IMG/VR virus record: IMGVR_UViG_3300028804_000002
Span: 84,086-148,085 of that record
Strand: one strand, 5' to 3'
DNA from: a virus
Lineage: Duplodnaviria; Caudoviricetes
DNA length: 64,000 nt
Shown piece by piece: positions 18,917 to 28,543 of this stretch (the stretch's first letter is position 1; every line of letters begins with the position of its first letter). The translations under genes were made by a program, and so were the position numbers. The notes beneath the pieces are model-generated. The model saw only the letters and a list, made by a program, of their open reading frames with translations, was not told the DNA's origin and searched no databases.

Positions 18917-19293
18917 TTTAAAATATATTTATTTTTTAACTCCCCATTGTGCTTTAGTAGATTAATAGTATCATCTAATTTATTCATCATGATAGTATCT
19001 CCTTTTTTAAGACTATCTGATAATTGTATATACTGAATTTTATCTGTATAAATTACTGTATTTATTGAATCAATAGCTTGTTCAAGTATCTCAACAATAC
19101 AAGTTGTACCATCTATAGTAACTTTAACTTTATCTCCAGATTTATAATTATTATTAAGCTTAATTATATCATTAACATTATTGTCTACCCTTTTTACTCT
19201 AAACCAAGTATTCTCCTCGGCTTTTTCTATACAAGATGATAATATTAATGCAAAAGCGAGTATTGTAATTATCCAAAAAATAATTTTTTTCAT
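18913..19293 (-). CDS. Putative lipoprotein
   Basis: Lipobox LSSC. Confidence 0.6.
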   Translation of the reverse strand: MKKIIFWIITILAFALILSSCIEKAEENTWFRVKRVDNNVNDIIKLNNNYKSGDKVKVTIDGTTCIVEILEQAIDSINTVIYTDKIQYIQLSDSLKKGDTIMMNKLDDTINLLKHNGELKNKYILK

Positions 19294-19583
19294 AACTTAT
19301 CAATTTTTCTTTGTAACTCTTTTTGAAGATTTTGATATTTTTCTTTTTCTTTATCAAGCTCTTCTTGATTCATCCAGTAAGATTCTCTAAATACAATTGG
19401 TAATATAAAATAACAAGAACAACAGAACGACGTTATAGATATCCATAATATTATTTTTAAACCAGTCCAATTAACATTTAATTTTGATACGTCTTTTGTT
19501 GTTAAAATAAATATCATCATACTTAAAATTAAAATTCCAAATGTAGTTGTAAATAATGTAAGACCTTTAATAAAGTTTCTCAT
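19290..19583 (-). CDS. 2-TM protein with coiled-coil tail
   Basis: Two TM helices then EELDKEKEKYQNLQKEL. Confidence 0.55.
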   Translation of the reverse strand: MRNFIKGLTLFTTTFGILILSMMIFILTTKDVSKLNVNWTGLKIILWISITSFCCSCYFILPIVFRESYWMNQEELDKEKEKYQNLQKELQRKIDKL

Positions 19584-19909
19584 CCAAATAAGTTTAAAGT
19601 TTTAACAATATAATTATTTGGCCATTGAATAGCCCAAATAGTAATACTTGTATCAATACCAGTAGCTACTACTGCTATAGCATTTTCACATATTTCTTTT
19701 TCTTGAATATTAGTAAGATTTATTATTTTATTATCAAAAGTACGTATCTCATTACCGGTTTTTGATGAAATACCTTTTAATTGTTCTATAGATACTTCAT
19801 CATTTCCTAATTCTTTAAATATATCTATCATCCATGATAAATCAAACATTTTTTCAATATCTTTTTTATAGAGAATTTTTGTTTCTCCGCAGCAACAAGT
19901 TAGACACAT
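19580..19909 (-). CDS. Hypothetical protein
   Basis: N-terminal MCLTCCC. Confidence 0.5.
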   Translation of the reverse strand: MCLTCCCGETKILYKKDIEKMFDLSWMIDIFKELGNDEVSIEQLKGISSKTGNEIRTFDNKIINLTNIQEKEICENAIAVVATGIDTSITIWAIQWPNNYIVKTLNLFG

Positions 19910-20020
19910 GCTTATTATTTTATATGTATAATTTCATCTAAGTGAGTAATAATATTTTTTACAGTAAAGTAAAGAAAATCTGCTTTATAACAGATCTTCT
20001 TTACTTTTTTTCTGTTTTAA

Positions 20021-20164
20021 TTACTCCTGTGTGGTTGGCTGTTCTGTTTCAGAAGCAGGCTGCTCAACAGAAGTATCAGCTTTAGGTTGCTCAACAGGTT
20101 GTTCTGCTGCTATTTCCTCAGCTGATTCAGGACCATCATGGTACAATCTGAATTTCTTTTTCAT
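20021..20164 (-). CDS. Small acidic peptide (47 aa), absent from ORF track
   Basis: MKKKFRLYHDGPESAEEIAAEQPVEQP...QE*, followed by hairpin 19966-20010. Confidence 0.55.
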   Translation of the reverse strand: MKKKFRLYHDGPESAEEIAAEQPVEQPKADTSVEQPASETEQPTTQE

Positions 20165-20211
20165 TGTATAACCGTGTTTTTAAATTATTATAGGTATACG
20201 GATTAAAATTT

Positions 20212-21069
20212 TTATATAGCTTGTGGTAATTCTAATCTCTTTGCTTTCCATTGTGCAATAAGTTTAGCTCCAGCAGCAGCATCAACTTGTCTTGATGCAC
20301 TATTACTATTCATTTTTGGAAGAATATCTCTTCTAAATACTTCAATATCAGTAGTATAATCACTTAATTTCTGATCTATTTGTTTAATAGCTTCATTAAG
20401 CTTTGTTACTTCAGGAGATTCTTTCATCCATTTGGATGCATTTTTTGTTGCCTTTGCTGCTTGCTCATATATGGTATATAATTGAGCTTTACCTTCAAGT
20501 TCTATTTTAAGAATTTCTACATCAGCTATTCTTGTTTGTAAATAATCATTCATTTCTTCTTCAAGCTTCTTTGTCTCTTGTACTTTTGGTTCCAAATTTT
20601 CAATTTGCTCGTTAAGCATATTTACTTTAGCTTCAAGTACTCGCTTTTTTGTCTCATTGGTTTCAAATTCATGTTCTTGTATTGCTCTTCCTGAATCTTT
20701 TATTATATTCTTAAGTGTCTGTTCAGTATTTGCTCTTGAAGAAGATACAGCTTTAATATCTTGCTGCATCATTTGATTCTGATTAACAAGATATCTATAA
20801 CCTTGCCATAAATACCAAAGTCTATCTGAAGATATATGCTTTTTGGTAAGATTCCATGACATTCTTTTGTAGAAATCCCATACATTTTGGTAGTTCATTA
20901 TAAGAAATACCAAAGGGGCTCCGAGTCCTATTGTCCACCAGATATTTGTTAAAATGGTAATTAATGGTGGTAATAGAAACCACAAAATCATTAATGTAGC
21001 ACCTAACATAAGTAAAGCATAGAACTTTTGAGTATTGTTTGTCAGATCCGCTGATTTGATATTTAGCAT
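20212..21069 (-). CDS. PspA/IM30-like coiled-coil protein with two N-terminal TM helices
   Basis: Two TM helices then a long heptad-rich helical region. Confidence 0.5.
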   Translation of the reverse strand: MLNIKSADLTNNTQKFYALLMLGATLMILWFLLPPLITILTNIWWTIGLGAPLVFLIMNYQNVWDFYKRMSWNLTKKHISSDRLWYLWQGYRYLVNQNQMMQQDIKAVSSSRANTEQTLKNIIKDSGRAIQEHEFETNETKKRVLEAKVNMLNEQIENLEPKVQETKKLEEEMNDYLQTRIADVEILKIELEGKAQLYTIYEQAAKATKNASKWMKESPEVTKLNEAIKQIDQKLSDYTTDIEVFRRDILPKMNSNSASRQVDAAAGAKLIAQWKAKRLELPQAI

Positions 21070-21305
21070 TATTTTCTTATTTTGATTGTTAATATATTAA
21101 CTGAATCACTCATTCTATCTCCTTTATCAAAATTATCGAAAGTTATACCTTCTTTAAATTGTAATTCTCTACTAAGTAACTCAGTCTTTTCATCAAAACT
21201 ATTTAAGATACCTTCAATTTTTTGATCTTCCGCTGTTTCATCTTCAACTGAGATATCATGTTCTGCTATTTGCTCACCTTTCTCATTTATTATTCTTATG
21301 AGCAT
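21069..21305 (-). CDS. Acidic hypothetical protein
   Basis: 78 aa, coupled to the downstream gene. Confidence 0.5.
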   Translation of the reverse strand: MLIRIINEKGEQIAEHDISVEDETAEDQKIEGILNSFDEKTELLSRELQFKEGITFDNFDKGDRMSDSVNILTIKIRK

Positions 21306-21310
21306 ATAAT

Positions 21311-22294
21311 TTAATTTAAAGTCGATAAAAAACCAATGGTAAAATTAGCATCCCAGTCAAATATAAATGTATTTGTTTTGGAAGATTCATATATGGCCCG
21401 ATAAATATTAATACCACATTTGAATTTTACATCATCTCCAGCACTATATGTGTCAGGACTACTTAATGCTGTGAAACGTTCATTACCATTTCTTACACTT
21501 TTAGCAAGTTGATATGGAACTCCTCCAATAATAAAACAATACTGCAAATTACTTGATGGTATTTTAGTTACAACAGTTTGGATCTCATTATAAACATCCT
21601 GATCTGTTTTTGGAATAGCATAATATTTAGCACCGGAACATTCTACTGATTTAATTGAAGTACCTTCATACCATGATATTTTAGTATTACCACTTCCAAT
21701 ATCAACTACGTATGAATTACTCCAATAATTTCTTGGTAATACAGCTCTTAAAGCATATTTACCTTCCTGTTCAGGAGTTACCCGGTTTACTACATATCCC
21801 ATTTTTTCAATGGCATCTGCTATCATTTTAGTTTTTTCATTTTTAAGAGCCCCTGAAGACATTACAAAATGAATATTTCTTCCAGCTACTCCTTTTGTTG
21901 ATATATCACTTATATATTCTTTAAGACCTGTTTGTACATCCTGTATTGTTGCAAAGCCTTCGTAAGCTAGTGATTTACCAAACTGTTTTGATACAAGCTC
22001 CCAATTTTTATCTTTATCCATATTAACAACAAAAGAGTTAAATCCGGATGCACCAACTTCAATAACTCCCTTATAAGTACCATTAATAGGTACTGCTGTT
22101 GTTATATTTACAGATGAATTTGTGGTTGTATTAGTAGTACTTGCAGTTGTTGGTTCAGAGGTGGTATTATTAGTTGTTGTTTGTGTTGTAGGTGCTGTTA
22201 TTTTTGGTTGTGGATGCTTATAATCATAATACTTCCATCCTCCTAATCCTGCAAGTAATAAGACAATTGCAGCTCCAATAATTTTTTGATTCAT
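21311..22294 (-). CDS. Membrane-anchored Ppx/GppA-like ASKHA phosphatase
   Basis: Signal anchor, Thr-rich linker, VIEVGASG and VVDIGSGNTKIS phosphate loops, QEGKY, IIGG. Confidence 0.7.
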   Translation of the reverse strand: MNQKIIGAAIVLLLAGLGGWKYYDYKHPQPKITAPTTQTTTNNTTSEPTTASTTNTTTNSSVNITTAVPINGTYKGVIEVGASGFNSFVVNMDKDKNWELVSKQFGKSLAYEGFATIQDVQTGLKEYISDISTKGVAGRNIHFVMSSGALKNEKTKMIADAIEKMGYVVNRVTPEQEGKYALRAVLPRNYWSNSYVVDIGSGNTKISWYEGTSIKSVECSGAKYYAIPKTDQDVYNEIQTVVTKIPSSNLQYCFIIGGVPYQLAKSVRNGNERFTALSSPDTYSAGDDVKFKCGINIYRAIYESSKTNTFIFDWDANFTIGFLSTLN

Positions 22295-22380
22295 GATTTT
22301 TAATTTAGTGTGTTTATAATAATAAGAAGTCTGTCCTATTACAGACAGACTTCTTGATTTGGCTTATTCAGCCGGCCAGG

Positions 22381-22722
22381 TCATTCTTTTTTTCTTATAT
22401 TATATATAGGAGAGCCTCTGCATCCACAACTGTTTAGTGGAATAGCTATTTCAGCTAAATCAGAACCTACATTGCTGAATTCAACTTTGTTGCTACCTAT
22501 ATCAGGTACAATAAAATCAACATTTGCAGCATCATGGTTATTAACCAATGTAATGATTTTAGATTCTCCTTGTATGAGATCTATGTTATCTACATATTTC
22601 TTCATATCAAAATAAGAACCTACATCATTTTCAAAAGGTTCGCTCTTTGAACTGTTAGGCGCTCCGATAAATAACAAAGAAATACACAAGATAACAAATC
22701 TTGATCCTGTAATTCTCTTCAT
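22381..22722 (-). CDS. Secreted hypothetical protein with C-terminal RGSP
   Basis: Signal-like N-terminus. Confidence 0.5.
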   Translation of the reverse strand: MKRITGSRFVILCISLLFIGAPNSSKSEPFENDVGSYFDMKKYVDNIDLIQGESKIITLVNNHDAANVDFIVPDIGSNKVEFSNVGSDLAEIAIPLNSCGCRGSPIYNIRKKE

Positions 22723-22795
22723 TGTTTCCGGATTTGGTGATATTTAGTCATTAATAATGGACGTGAGTTTTATCCTTGACTAAAATTAATTCTCA

Positions 22796-23287
22796 CTAAA
22801 AGATTCCTGGACTTTTTTGATATTTTGAAGTTTCTGGCGGATGCCCTATTTTTTCAACAATTTCAGCTAAATATCTAGTATTATCAATTGATTTTAGTAC
22901 TCCTTTTATTTCACTTAAGCAAATGTAATCATCCAATCTATCATCAAACATACAATCTTGGTTATATTTTTTAATAATAACCATTTCAATCAATGTTCTT
23001 TCTGGACTAAATTTACATTCAATATCATGTATAAACAATCTTACACAAAATCTTCTTGATTTAGATGGATTAAATATTGTCGGAAATTTTCTTCTGAAGC
23101 TGTTATAAAGTAATCCTCTTAAATCATCATTATCCATTTTAATGATAGTATTGATTTTTAAAGGATTTGTAACAGTATCATTATAATCTTTAATTGCTTC
23201 TAATACTTTTTCTCTTACACTTTTATATTCACTCATTTTATTTTTTCTTATATTCTGACAAATCCAATTGCATACAATAATTATCAC
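22796..23287 (-). CDS. Hypothetical protein (probably starts at MSEYK)
   Basis: ORF track. Confidence 0.55.
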   Translation of the reverse strand: MIIIVCNWICQNIRKNKMSEYKSVREKVLEAIKDYNDTVTNPLKINTIIKMDNDDLRGLLYNSFRRKFPTIFNPSKSRRFCVRLFIHDIECKFSPERTLIEMVIIKKYNQDCMFDDRLDDYICLSEIKGVLKSIDNTRYLAEIVEKIGHPPETSKYQKSPGIF

Positions 23288-23298
23288 CTGTAAAGTAA

Positions 23299-23565
23299 TT
23301 AATTTACAAGTTTAAATGTTCTTATAATATCTTCATCATTATTCCATTTAGTCATAGCTGCTCTATCTGTATAATAATCAGTTATAGGATATTTTGGAGA
23401 TACAGTAAATATACCTTCGGTAGTATCTATTTGATCTGTACCTTTTATACTTATAAATTTATTACCAAAAAATTCTTTAGCTGCATTAGCTAATGGACAA
23501 TTTTTACCATCATAATAAAAATTTCCAAATTTAATATGCTTTACTTTCATTTCAATTTCATTCAT
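23299..23565 (-). CDS. Hypothetical protein
   Basis: NCPLANA motif. Confidence 0.55.
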   Translation of the reverse strand: MNEIEMKVKHIKFGNFYYDGKNCPLANAAKEFFGNKFISIKGTDQIDTTEGIFTVSPKYPITDYYTDRAAMTKWNNDEDIIRTFKLVN

Positions 23566-23579
23566 AATAATATTTTTTG

Positions 23580-23653
23580 TGATCCGGATTGGATTCGAAC
23601 CAATGGCCCTCAGCTTAGAAGGCTGATGCTCTATCCAACTGAGCTACCGGACC
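23580..23653 (-). tRNA. tRNA-Arg(TCT)
   Basis: GGTCCGGTAGCTCAGTTGGATAGAGC...CTTCTAA...GGTTCGAATCC; full cloverleaf, CCA not encoded. Confidence 0.95.
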
Positions 23654-23700
23654 AATTATGAAATTATTTAAATTTAAATTAATAATTAATTATTCCAAAG

Positions 23701-23786
23701 TACTGATAAGAGGAATTGAACCTCCACTCGCATTACTGCGAACAGGATTTTAAGTCCTGCGTGTCTACCAGTTCCACCATATCAGC
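23701..23786 (-). tRNA. tRNA-Leu(TAA)
   Basis: GCTGATATGGTGGAACTGGTAGACAC...CTTAAAA, long variable arm, GGTTCAATTCC. Confidence 0.95.
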
Positions 23787-23789
23787 ATG

Positions 23790-23863
23790 TGGACCCACCT
23801 GGGCTCGAACCAGGGACCCGCAGATTATGAGTCTGCTGCTCTAACCGGCTGAGCTATAAGTCC
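23790..23863 (-). tRNA. tRNA with CAT anticodon, probably Ile2 (lysidine)
   Basis: GGACTTATAGCTCAG...CTCATAA; paired G1-C72 and no three consecutive G-C anticodon-stem pairs, so not fMet. Confidence 0.85.
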
Positions 23864-23919
23864 AGATTAAAAATGGAGCTGACTCCCCAGCCAGCTCCTT
23901 TGGTGATAAAAATCCTGTT

Positions 23920-24156
23920 TTATACAGGCACACTCTTTAAATTTCTTGAACCTCTTGCAGGTATAGGTCCATGCCCAAATGCAGCACTAGCTGATATAGG
24001 TGTACCTACTTTATTTCTTCTGTAAGATGGAGAACATACTGTACAAGCAGCTTGTCCGTTTTTGTTAACATTATGTACTCTCATTCCTTTACCATACATT
24101 TTATCCTGGTCTTCATGTTGACAGGTACAATGCAAAATTTCTGTTCTTTCAGCCAT
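23920..24156 (-). CDS. Small Zn-binding protein
   Basis: MAERTEILHCTCQH...HN...CTVC; ATG 24156. Confidence 0.6.
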   Translation of the reverse strand: MAERTEILHCTCQHEDQDKMYGKGMRVHNVNKNGQAACTVCSPSYRRNKVGTPISASAAFGHGPIPARGSRNLKSVPV

Positions 24157-24352
24157 AATAGGTTTTTTAAATCCAGTAAAATCTACCACAACACCATACA
24201 CCTATTGATTGTTTTGGTGGAGGTGGCGGAGGATTAAAAATTGTTACGCATATCATATTTGGTAACTTTTTTCAGTTCAAAATTACAATTAGTCCTGTCC
24301 AGTACCTTCATAAAAGATATTAGAATTCAGGATATCACTACTTAAAATAACT

Positions 24353-24598
24353 TTAACCATTTTCGTTAGTTTTAGAAGCTTTTTTTATTTTTTTATTATG
24401 ATCTTTCATATCAGCAATTCTAAAAAGGGGTAACCACCAATATAAAAAGATTAATCCATATATATGAGCTGGTGATTTTGCTACATCTATAAAAGATTTA
24501 TCTCCTAATGTTGATATACAGAAAGATAATAATAAATAACCTAAAAAGCCAATTAATAAATACTCCAGAAACATTCTGAAGTTTGAATATTTTTGCAT
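24353..24598 (-). CDS. 2-TM membrane protein
   Basis: Hydrophobic helices. Confidence 0.55.
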   Translation of the reverse strand: MQKYSNFRMFLEYLLIGFLGYLLLSFCISTLGDKSFIDVAKSPAHIYGLIFLYWWLPLFRIADMKDHNKKIKKASKTNENG

Positions 24599-25013
24599 CT
24601 GTTTTGTTTTAAAGTCCCGTATAGTAAGAAATAACTGTATAAAGTATGCCTACACAACCTAACCATGCTACTGCTACAAATATATAGAATATTGTTTTAT
24701 CTGTAGAGTTCATCTTGGAAGGCATAGTCATTATTATTCTATACAAACAATAGATACTAATTGGTATTAATAAAGATAACATAAGAAGTTTATTTAAGAG
24801 GTTAATTTACATATAAAGTCAGCAATAATACCATCATATCCTATTAGCCAGATATTTGGTCCTATTTTTATTATATACATAATAATAGAAATTTAATGGG
24901 GGCAGCTCATAGTGATAAATTGACCTGCAGCAACAGATTTATACCTATAATAAAAGATAAGCCCCTAAAAGGCTAGTGTTATACGACACATCTTTCACTT
25001 GTATTATACTTTA

Positions 25014-25490
25014 CTATGAGCTGTAGTTATTTTTAAGAAATTCTTTATGAATAAGTACGTCAGGCTCAAATTTTAGACTTTTTTCATTATAGCCAGAACT
25101 TATTATTAAATAATCTACTTTATTCACTTTAATATTTTGCATATCTTTATAAATAGCATTTAATGTTTTTCCACTTGACATGAAATCATCTATTATTATT
25201 TGTAAAGCTATACTATGTCTATATGAATAGTAACTACATTGGTGAGATTGTTCATTCGGTTTTTTTACATGACATATTTTACATGCATAATTATTTTTGA
25301 ACAATATATAAGAAAATATACCAGCAATTAAAGCTCCACTCCCACCTCTACACCATATATTACATGGACGTTTATATTTATTGTGTTTTATAAATATTTC
25401 TGCTGCTTCTTCTGCATATTTTATTAAACTCGGAGGATCATCGCCAGTGGGGTAGGTATCAATAATATTGTTGATAATAAGATGTTCCAT
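25014..25490 (-). CDS. Type I phosphoribosyltransferase-like protein
   Basis: PRPP-binding IIIDDFMSSGKTL, RGGSG. Confidence 0.8.
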   Translation of the reverse strand: MEHLIINNIIDTYPTGDDPPSLIKYAEEAAEIFIKHNKYKRPCNIWCRGGSGALIAGIFSYILFKNNYACKICHVKKPNEQSHQCSYYSYRHSIALQIIIDDFMSSGKTLNAIYKDMQNIKVNKVDYLIISSGYNEKSLKFEPDVLIHKEFLKNNYSS

Positions 25491-25492
25491 AA

Positions 25493-25555
25493 GAAGAATT
25501 AGATAAATGTACTTTATTATGCTCTAATTGTCATAGAGAAGAGCATGAAAAATTG
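25493..25555 (+). pseudogene. C-terminal remnant of an HNH endonuclease
   Basis: EELDKCTLLCSNCHREEHEKL, preceded by an in-frame TAA. Confidence 0.65.
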
Positions 25556-25626
25556 AGGTCACAGTTGGATTCGAGCCAAGATAAGTAGTTTTGCAAACTA
25601 CGACATAACCACTCTGACATGCGACC
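25556..25626 (-). tRNA. tRNA-Cys(GCA), slightly degenerate
   Basis: GGTCGCA/TGTGACC-T acceptor, GTAGT-TTGCAAA-ACTAC; T-loop CTCGAAT and one T-stem mismatch. Confidence 0.8.
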
Positions 25627-26036
25627 AAACATGGCTACCCTGGATATAAAGTCCAAGGTAGCTTTGTGTTCTACTTACCTTAGTAAGCATAAGGTATAGT
25701 CATTTACCTCAATTTATATAAAAATATAAATTAAATGCACAGGTATAAACCATTTATGACTATTTATGAGGTTAAATACTCAAAGCCTCCCATATTGAAA
25801 TATGGTCAGATAACGATTGCTTGTAACAAACATCTGCTTAAAATATACCAAGTTGAGTATTTAATAATTTAATCTGAATGTCCCTACTATAGACCAATCC
25901 TTTAAACAGATAAGTAAATGCTCGCAATACACGCTAACTAGTATTAATGTATATTTTGATTAATTTAAGTTCTGACCAGTTTTAGGCTGGGACAGTCTAT
26001 AGTAGAGATAGCACAAACAGATATCCGTAGATTATT
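25627..26036 (-). ncRNA. Array of stem-closed candidate ncRNA modules
   Basis: ORF-free; inverted repeats 25696/25756 (8 bp), 25772/25853 (12 bp), 25884/25995 (11 bp). Confidence 0.45.
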
Positions 26037-26405
26037 TTAATTTTTTGTTCCAATTTTATTTAAGAGACTATTATCTACCATATAATCTCCAAAATCAGAG
26101 GTATCAAATTCATCTTTTAATTGAGGAATTTCTACAATTTCATCATATTTATCCTTAATGGCTCCTATTATTGTTTCAAATGTATTAGAGTTAATATGAG
26201 CTTTTATAGTATTTAATCTCTGAGTTTGTTCCTGAAACCATTTTGGATTTTTTAATTTAATGTATTTGAAAGCTGTCGGCAAATGATGGGTCATTAATTC
26301 AGTATCACATACATGATTTAATATATCATATACATCATCAATAGTATTTGATAATCTTCCATCAATTAATGAAAATAATTGAAGAAAAGTAAAATTTTTT
26401 TTCAT
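26037..26405 (-). CDS. Hypothetical phage protein
   Basis: GRL...DVYDILNHV...LMTHHLP motif. Confidence 0.6.
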   Translation of the reverse strand: MKKNFTFLQLFSLIDGRLSNTIDDVYDILNHVCDTELMTHHLPTAFKYIKLKNPKWFQEQTQRLNTIKAHINSNTFETIIGAIKDKYDEIVEIPQLKDEFDTSDFGDYMVDNSLLNKIGTKN

Positions 26406-26410
26406 AAGAA

Positions 26411-26788
26411 CTATTTTAACAGTGGTAATAGAATAGGATTATTTACCCAGCAGTAATCAAGGGAGGCAATTAATACTTCATTTTTATAGAGAGGTGGTTT
26501 AATTATAGCTTTATATCCTATCAATTTGAATTGAAAAAATTGAGAAATTGCTTTTGACAATGTTTTATGCATTTCTTCACAACTACCCGATAAGTTTAAT
26601 TTTTGAATTATTTCATCAATTTCTTCATGTTTTACAATAAATCCATTCTTATCAAGTTCTATATTATCATAAAAAAGTAGTTTTATTTCATACTCATATA
26701 TTTGCTTACCAACTTTTACACATTGATTAGGAGTATCTTTACTTCGAATAAATTGACCATTTCTAGTCATAATATAAAAACTAGTCAT
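26411..26788 (-). CDS. Divergent QueD/PTPS-like (T-fold) protein
   Basis: C...Y.Y.I...LDKNGFIVKH...SCEE resembles PTPS but lacks the HGH motif. Confidence 0.35.
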   Translation of the reverse strand: MTSFYIMTRNGQFIRSKDTPNQCVKVGKQIYEYEIKLLFYDNIELDKNGFIVKHEEIDEIIQKLNLSGSCEEMHKTLSKAISQFFQFKLIGYKAIIKPPLYKNEVLIASLDYCWVNNPILLPLLK

Positions 26789-27193
26789 GATGGATTAAGA
26801 CTTTTTTGGGTTTGTAAAATTGATGCTTTAAAATCAGGTATATAATCCTGAAGATTTTGAAATTTAAATTCTGACCTTATTTGAGCAGGAGTTCCATAAT
26901 GAGTTTTAATTATTTGGGATTTTGGTTTTGTACTTATATCCTGTTTCATAAGAATTTTAATTATATGGATAAACAAGTCCAGCTATTATTAAAAACATTA
27001 AACATAACAAAAAGTATATAGTAGATTTTGTATTTTGATCACTTTCATATTGTATACCGGATACAATAAGAGAAAGAATAGCACATGCTATAAACATCCA
27101 AAATATTATCATAAATTTAGATTTTAATATAAAATTTGACTAATAATTTATTTTATTAATTGTATTAAAAATAATTAAAATTAATTTAAAAAA

Positions 27194-27638
27194 TTAATTT
27201 CTTCTATCTTTTATATATATTTTAATAAAATAAATTATTATAAATATTGATAGAGGACCACATACTGTTATCACTAAAAGTTGCATAATAGTAAGTTGAA
27301 TATCGTTATAATCTTCATATTGCATCAAATTAGGCCATTTTTTATTTATAGCTATTGAAGTAATATATAAAAACAGTCCTATTCCAAACCATAATAGTGT
27401 TTTCTCAATTGGTGTCATTTGTTGGTATTTTACAGTTATCTGGATCAAAATTCCATGCACAAAATCTACCTAATAATATACCTAATATCCCAGATGCAAT
27501 ATAATATAAGATAAGCTTGAAAGAGCTATTTATAAAATCATATCCATTATAATTCTCTATTATTAAAAATATTATGGTATAAGTTCCTAAAAATATAGGT
27601 AAGGCAAGAACTATTAAAGCTAAAAAAGTTGATTTCAT
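27194..27638 (-). CDS. Two small 2-TM membrane proteins (27194-27460, 27405-27638)
   Basis: Hydrophobic helices. Confidence 0.5.
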
Positions 27639-27835
27639 GATGGTTTTTAATGTTTTACAAATTCAAAAATGAGGTTTAATATACCCCAAGCCATATAAAA
27701 ATATAAGAATATTGTGAAATGTCTTTGAGGATGATTAGGATTCCATCTGCTCAAATATCCCTTCCAAGTAAATAATTTTATGTAAAATAAATTAAATAGA
27801 ATTACTATTATAAAACTGGTCATTTTAAAAAATAA

Positions 27836-27867
27836 TTTGGTAGATTAATATATTTTTAGTATATTAA
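27836..27867 (+). promoter_or_regulatory. Class-2 promoter TTTG-N20-TATATTAA
   Basis: 4 nt upstream of the HNH ATG. Confidence 0.65.
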
Positions 27868-27871
27868 ATCT

Positions 27872-28441
27872 ATGAAAATATGTAGTAAATGTAAAATAGA
27901 TAAAGAATTATCTGAATTTACAAAATCTAAGAAAAAAGTAGATGGTTTAAATAATTATTGTAAAACTTGTTGTAGAGAAATGCATGTAATATGGAGAGAT
28001 AAAAGAAATTCTCCTAACTATAAAAGAAAAATGCCAATAAATATGCAATCTCCAAAAAGACCTGAATTTTGTGGTGAAAATAACCCTAATTGGAAAGGTG
28101 GTAGAACCAAATTATCTGTGCTAATTAAATCACTCGCAGAGTATCATCAATGGAGACAAAATATCTATATTAGAGATGATTATAGATGTCAAATATGTGG
28201 TATAAGAAATGGAGAGCCTCATCAAATAAAATTAGATTGTGATCATATTTATCCATTTAGTAAAATTATGGAGGATTATGATATACAATCAGTAGAGGAT
28301 GCTTTGAATTGTCCAGAAATGTGGAATACTGAGAATGGTCGCATTTTATGTAGAAAATGTCATATTGCTACAGATACTTATGGCTTAAAATTTAATGAAG
28401 GGTATAAGAAATGTGAAAATTATATGAAAAGTAAGACATAA
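27872..28441 (+). CDS. HNH homing endonuclease, inserted against the block orientation
   Basis: CSKC..CKTC Zn finger, GENNPNWKGG, RDDYRCQICG, CDHIYP, NGRILCRKCH. Confidence 0.9.
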   Translation: MKICSKCKIDKELSEFTKSKKKVDGLNNYCKTCCREMHVIWRDKRNSPNYKRKMPINMQSPKRPEFCGENNPNWKGGRTKLSVLIKSLAEYHQWRQNIYIRDDYRCQICGIRNGEPHQIKLDCDHIYPFSKIMEDYDIQSVEDALNCPEMWNTENGRILCRKCHIATDTYGLKFNEGYKKCENYMKSKT

Positions 28442-28543
28442 ATCATCAATTACTTTAGACCTAGGTAGTATTACATTATATAGGTAAATAAAATGAAGTG
28501 GGCTATTTTTTGTTAAATAACCCACTTTTCAACCACTACTAGA

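Noticed and set aside
24214-24232. tggtggaggtggcgg resembling a tmRNA/tRNA 3' end (att core)
   Set aside because: No T-arm and no integrase in the window; equally explained as poly-Pro codons of a short minus-strand ORF (24256-24167)
23560-25560. Theta (HDV-like) ribozymes at tRNA 3' ends
   Set aside because: Trailers are AT-rich or coding, with no visible nested double pseudoknot
27110-27195. Nearly pure A/T tract as replication origin
   Set aside because: No iterons or nearby replication genes; not distinguishable from background by eye
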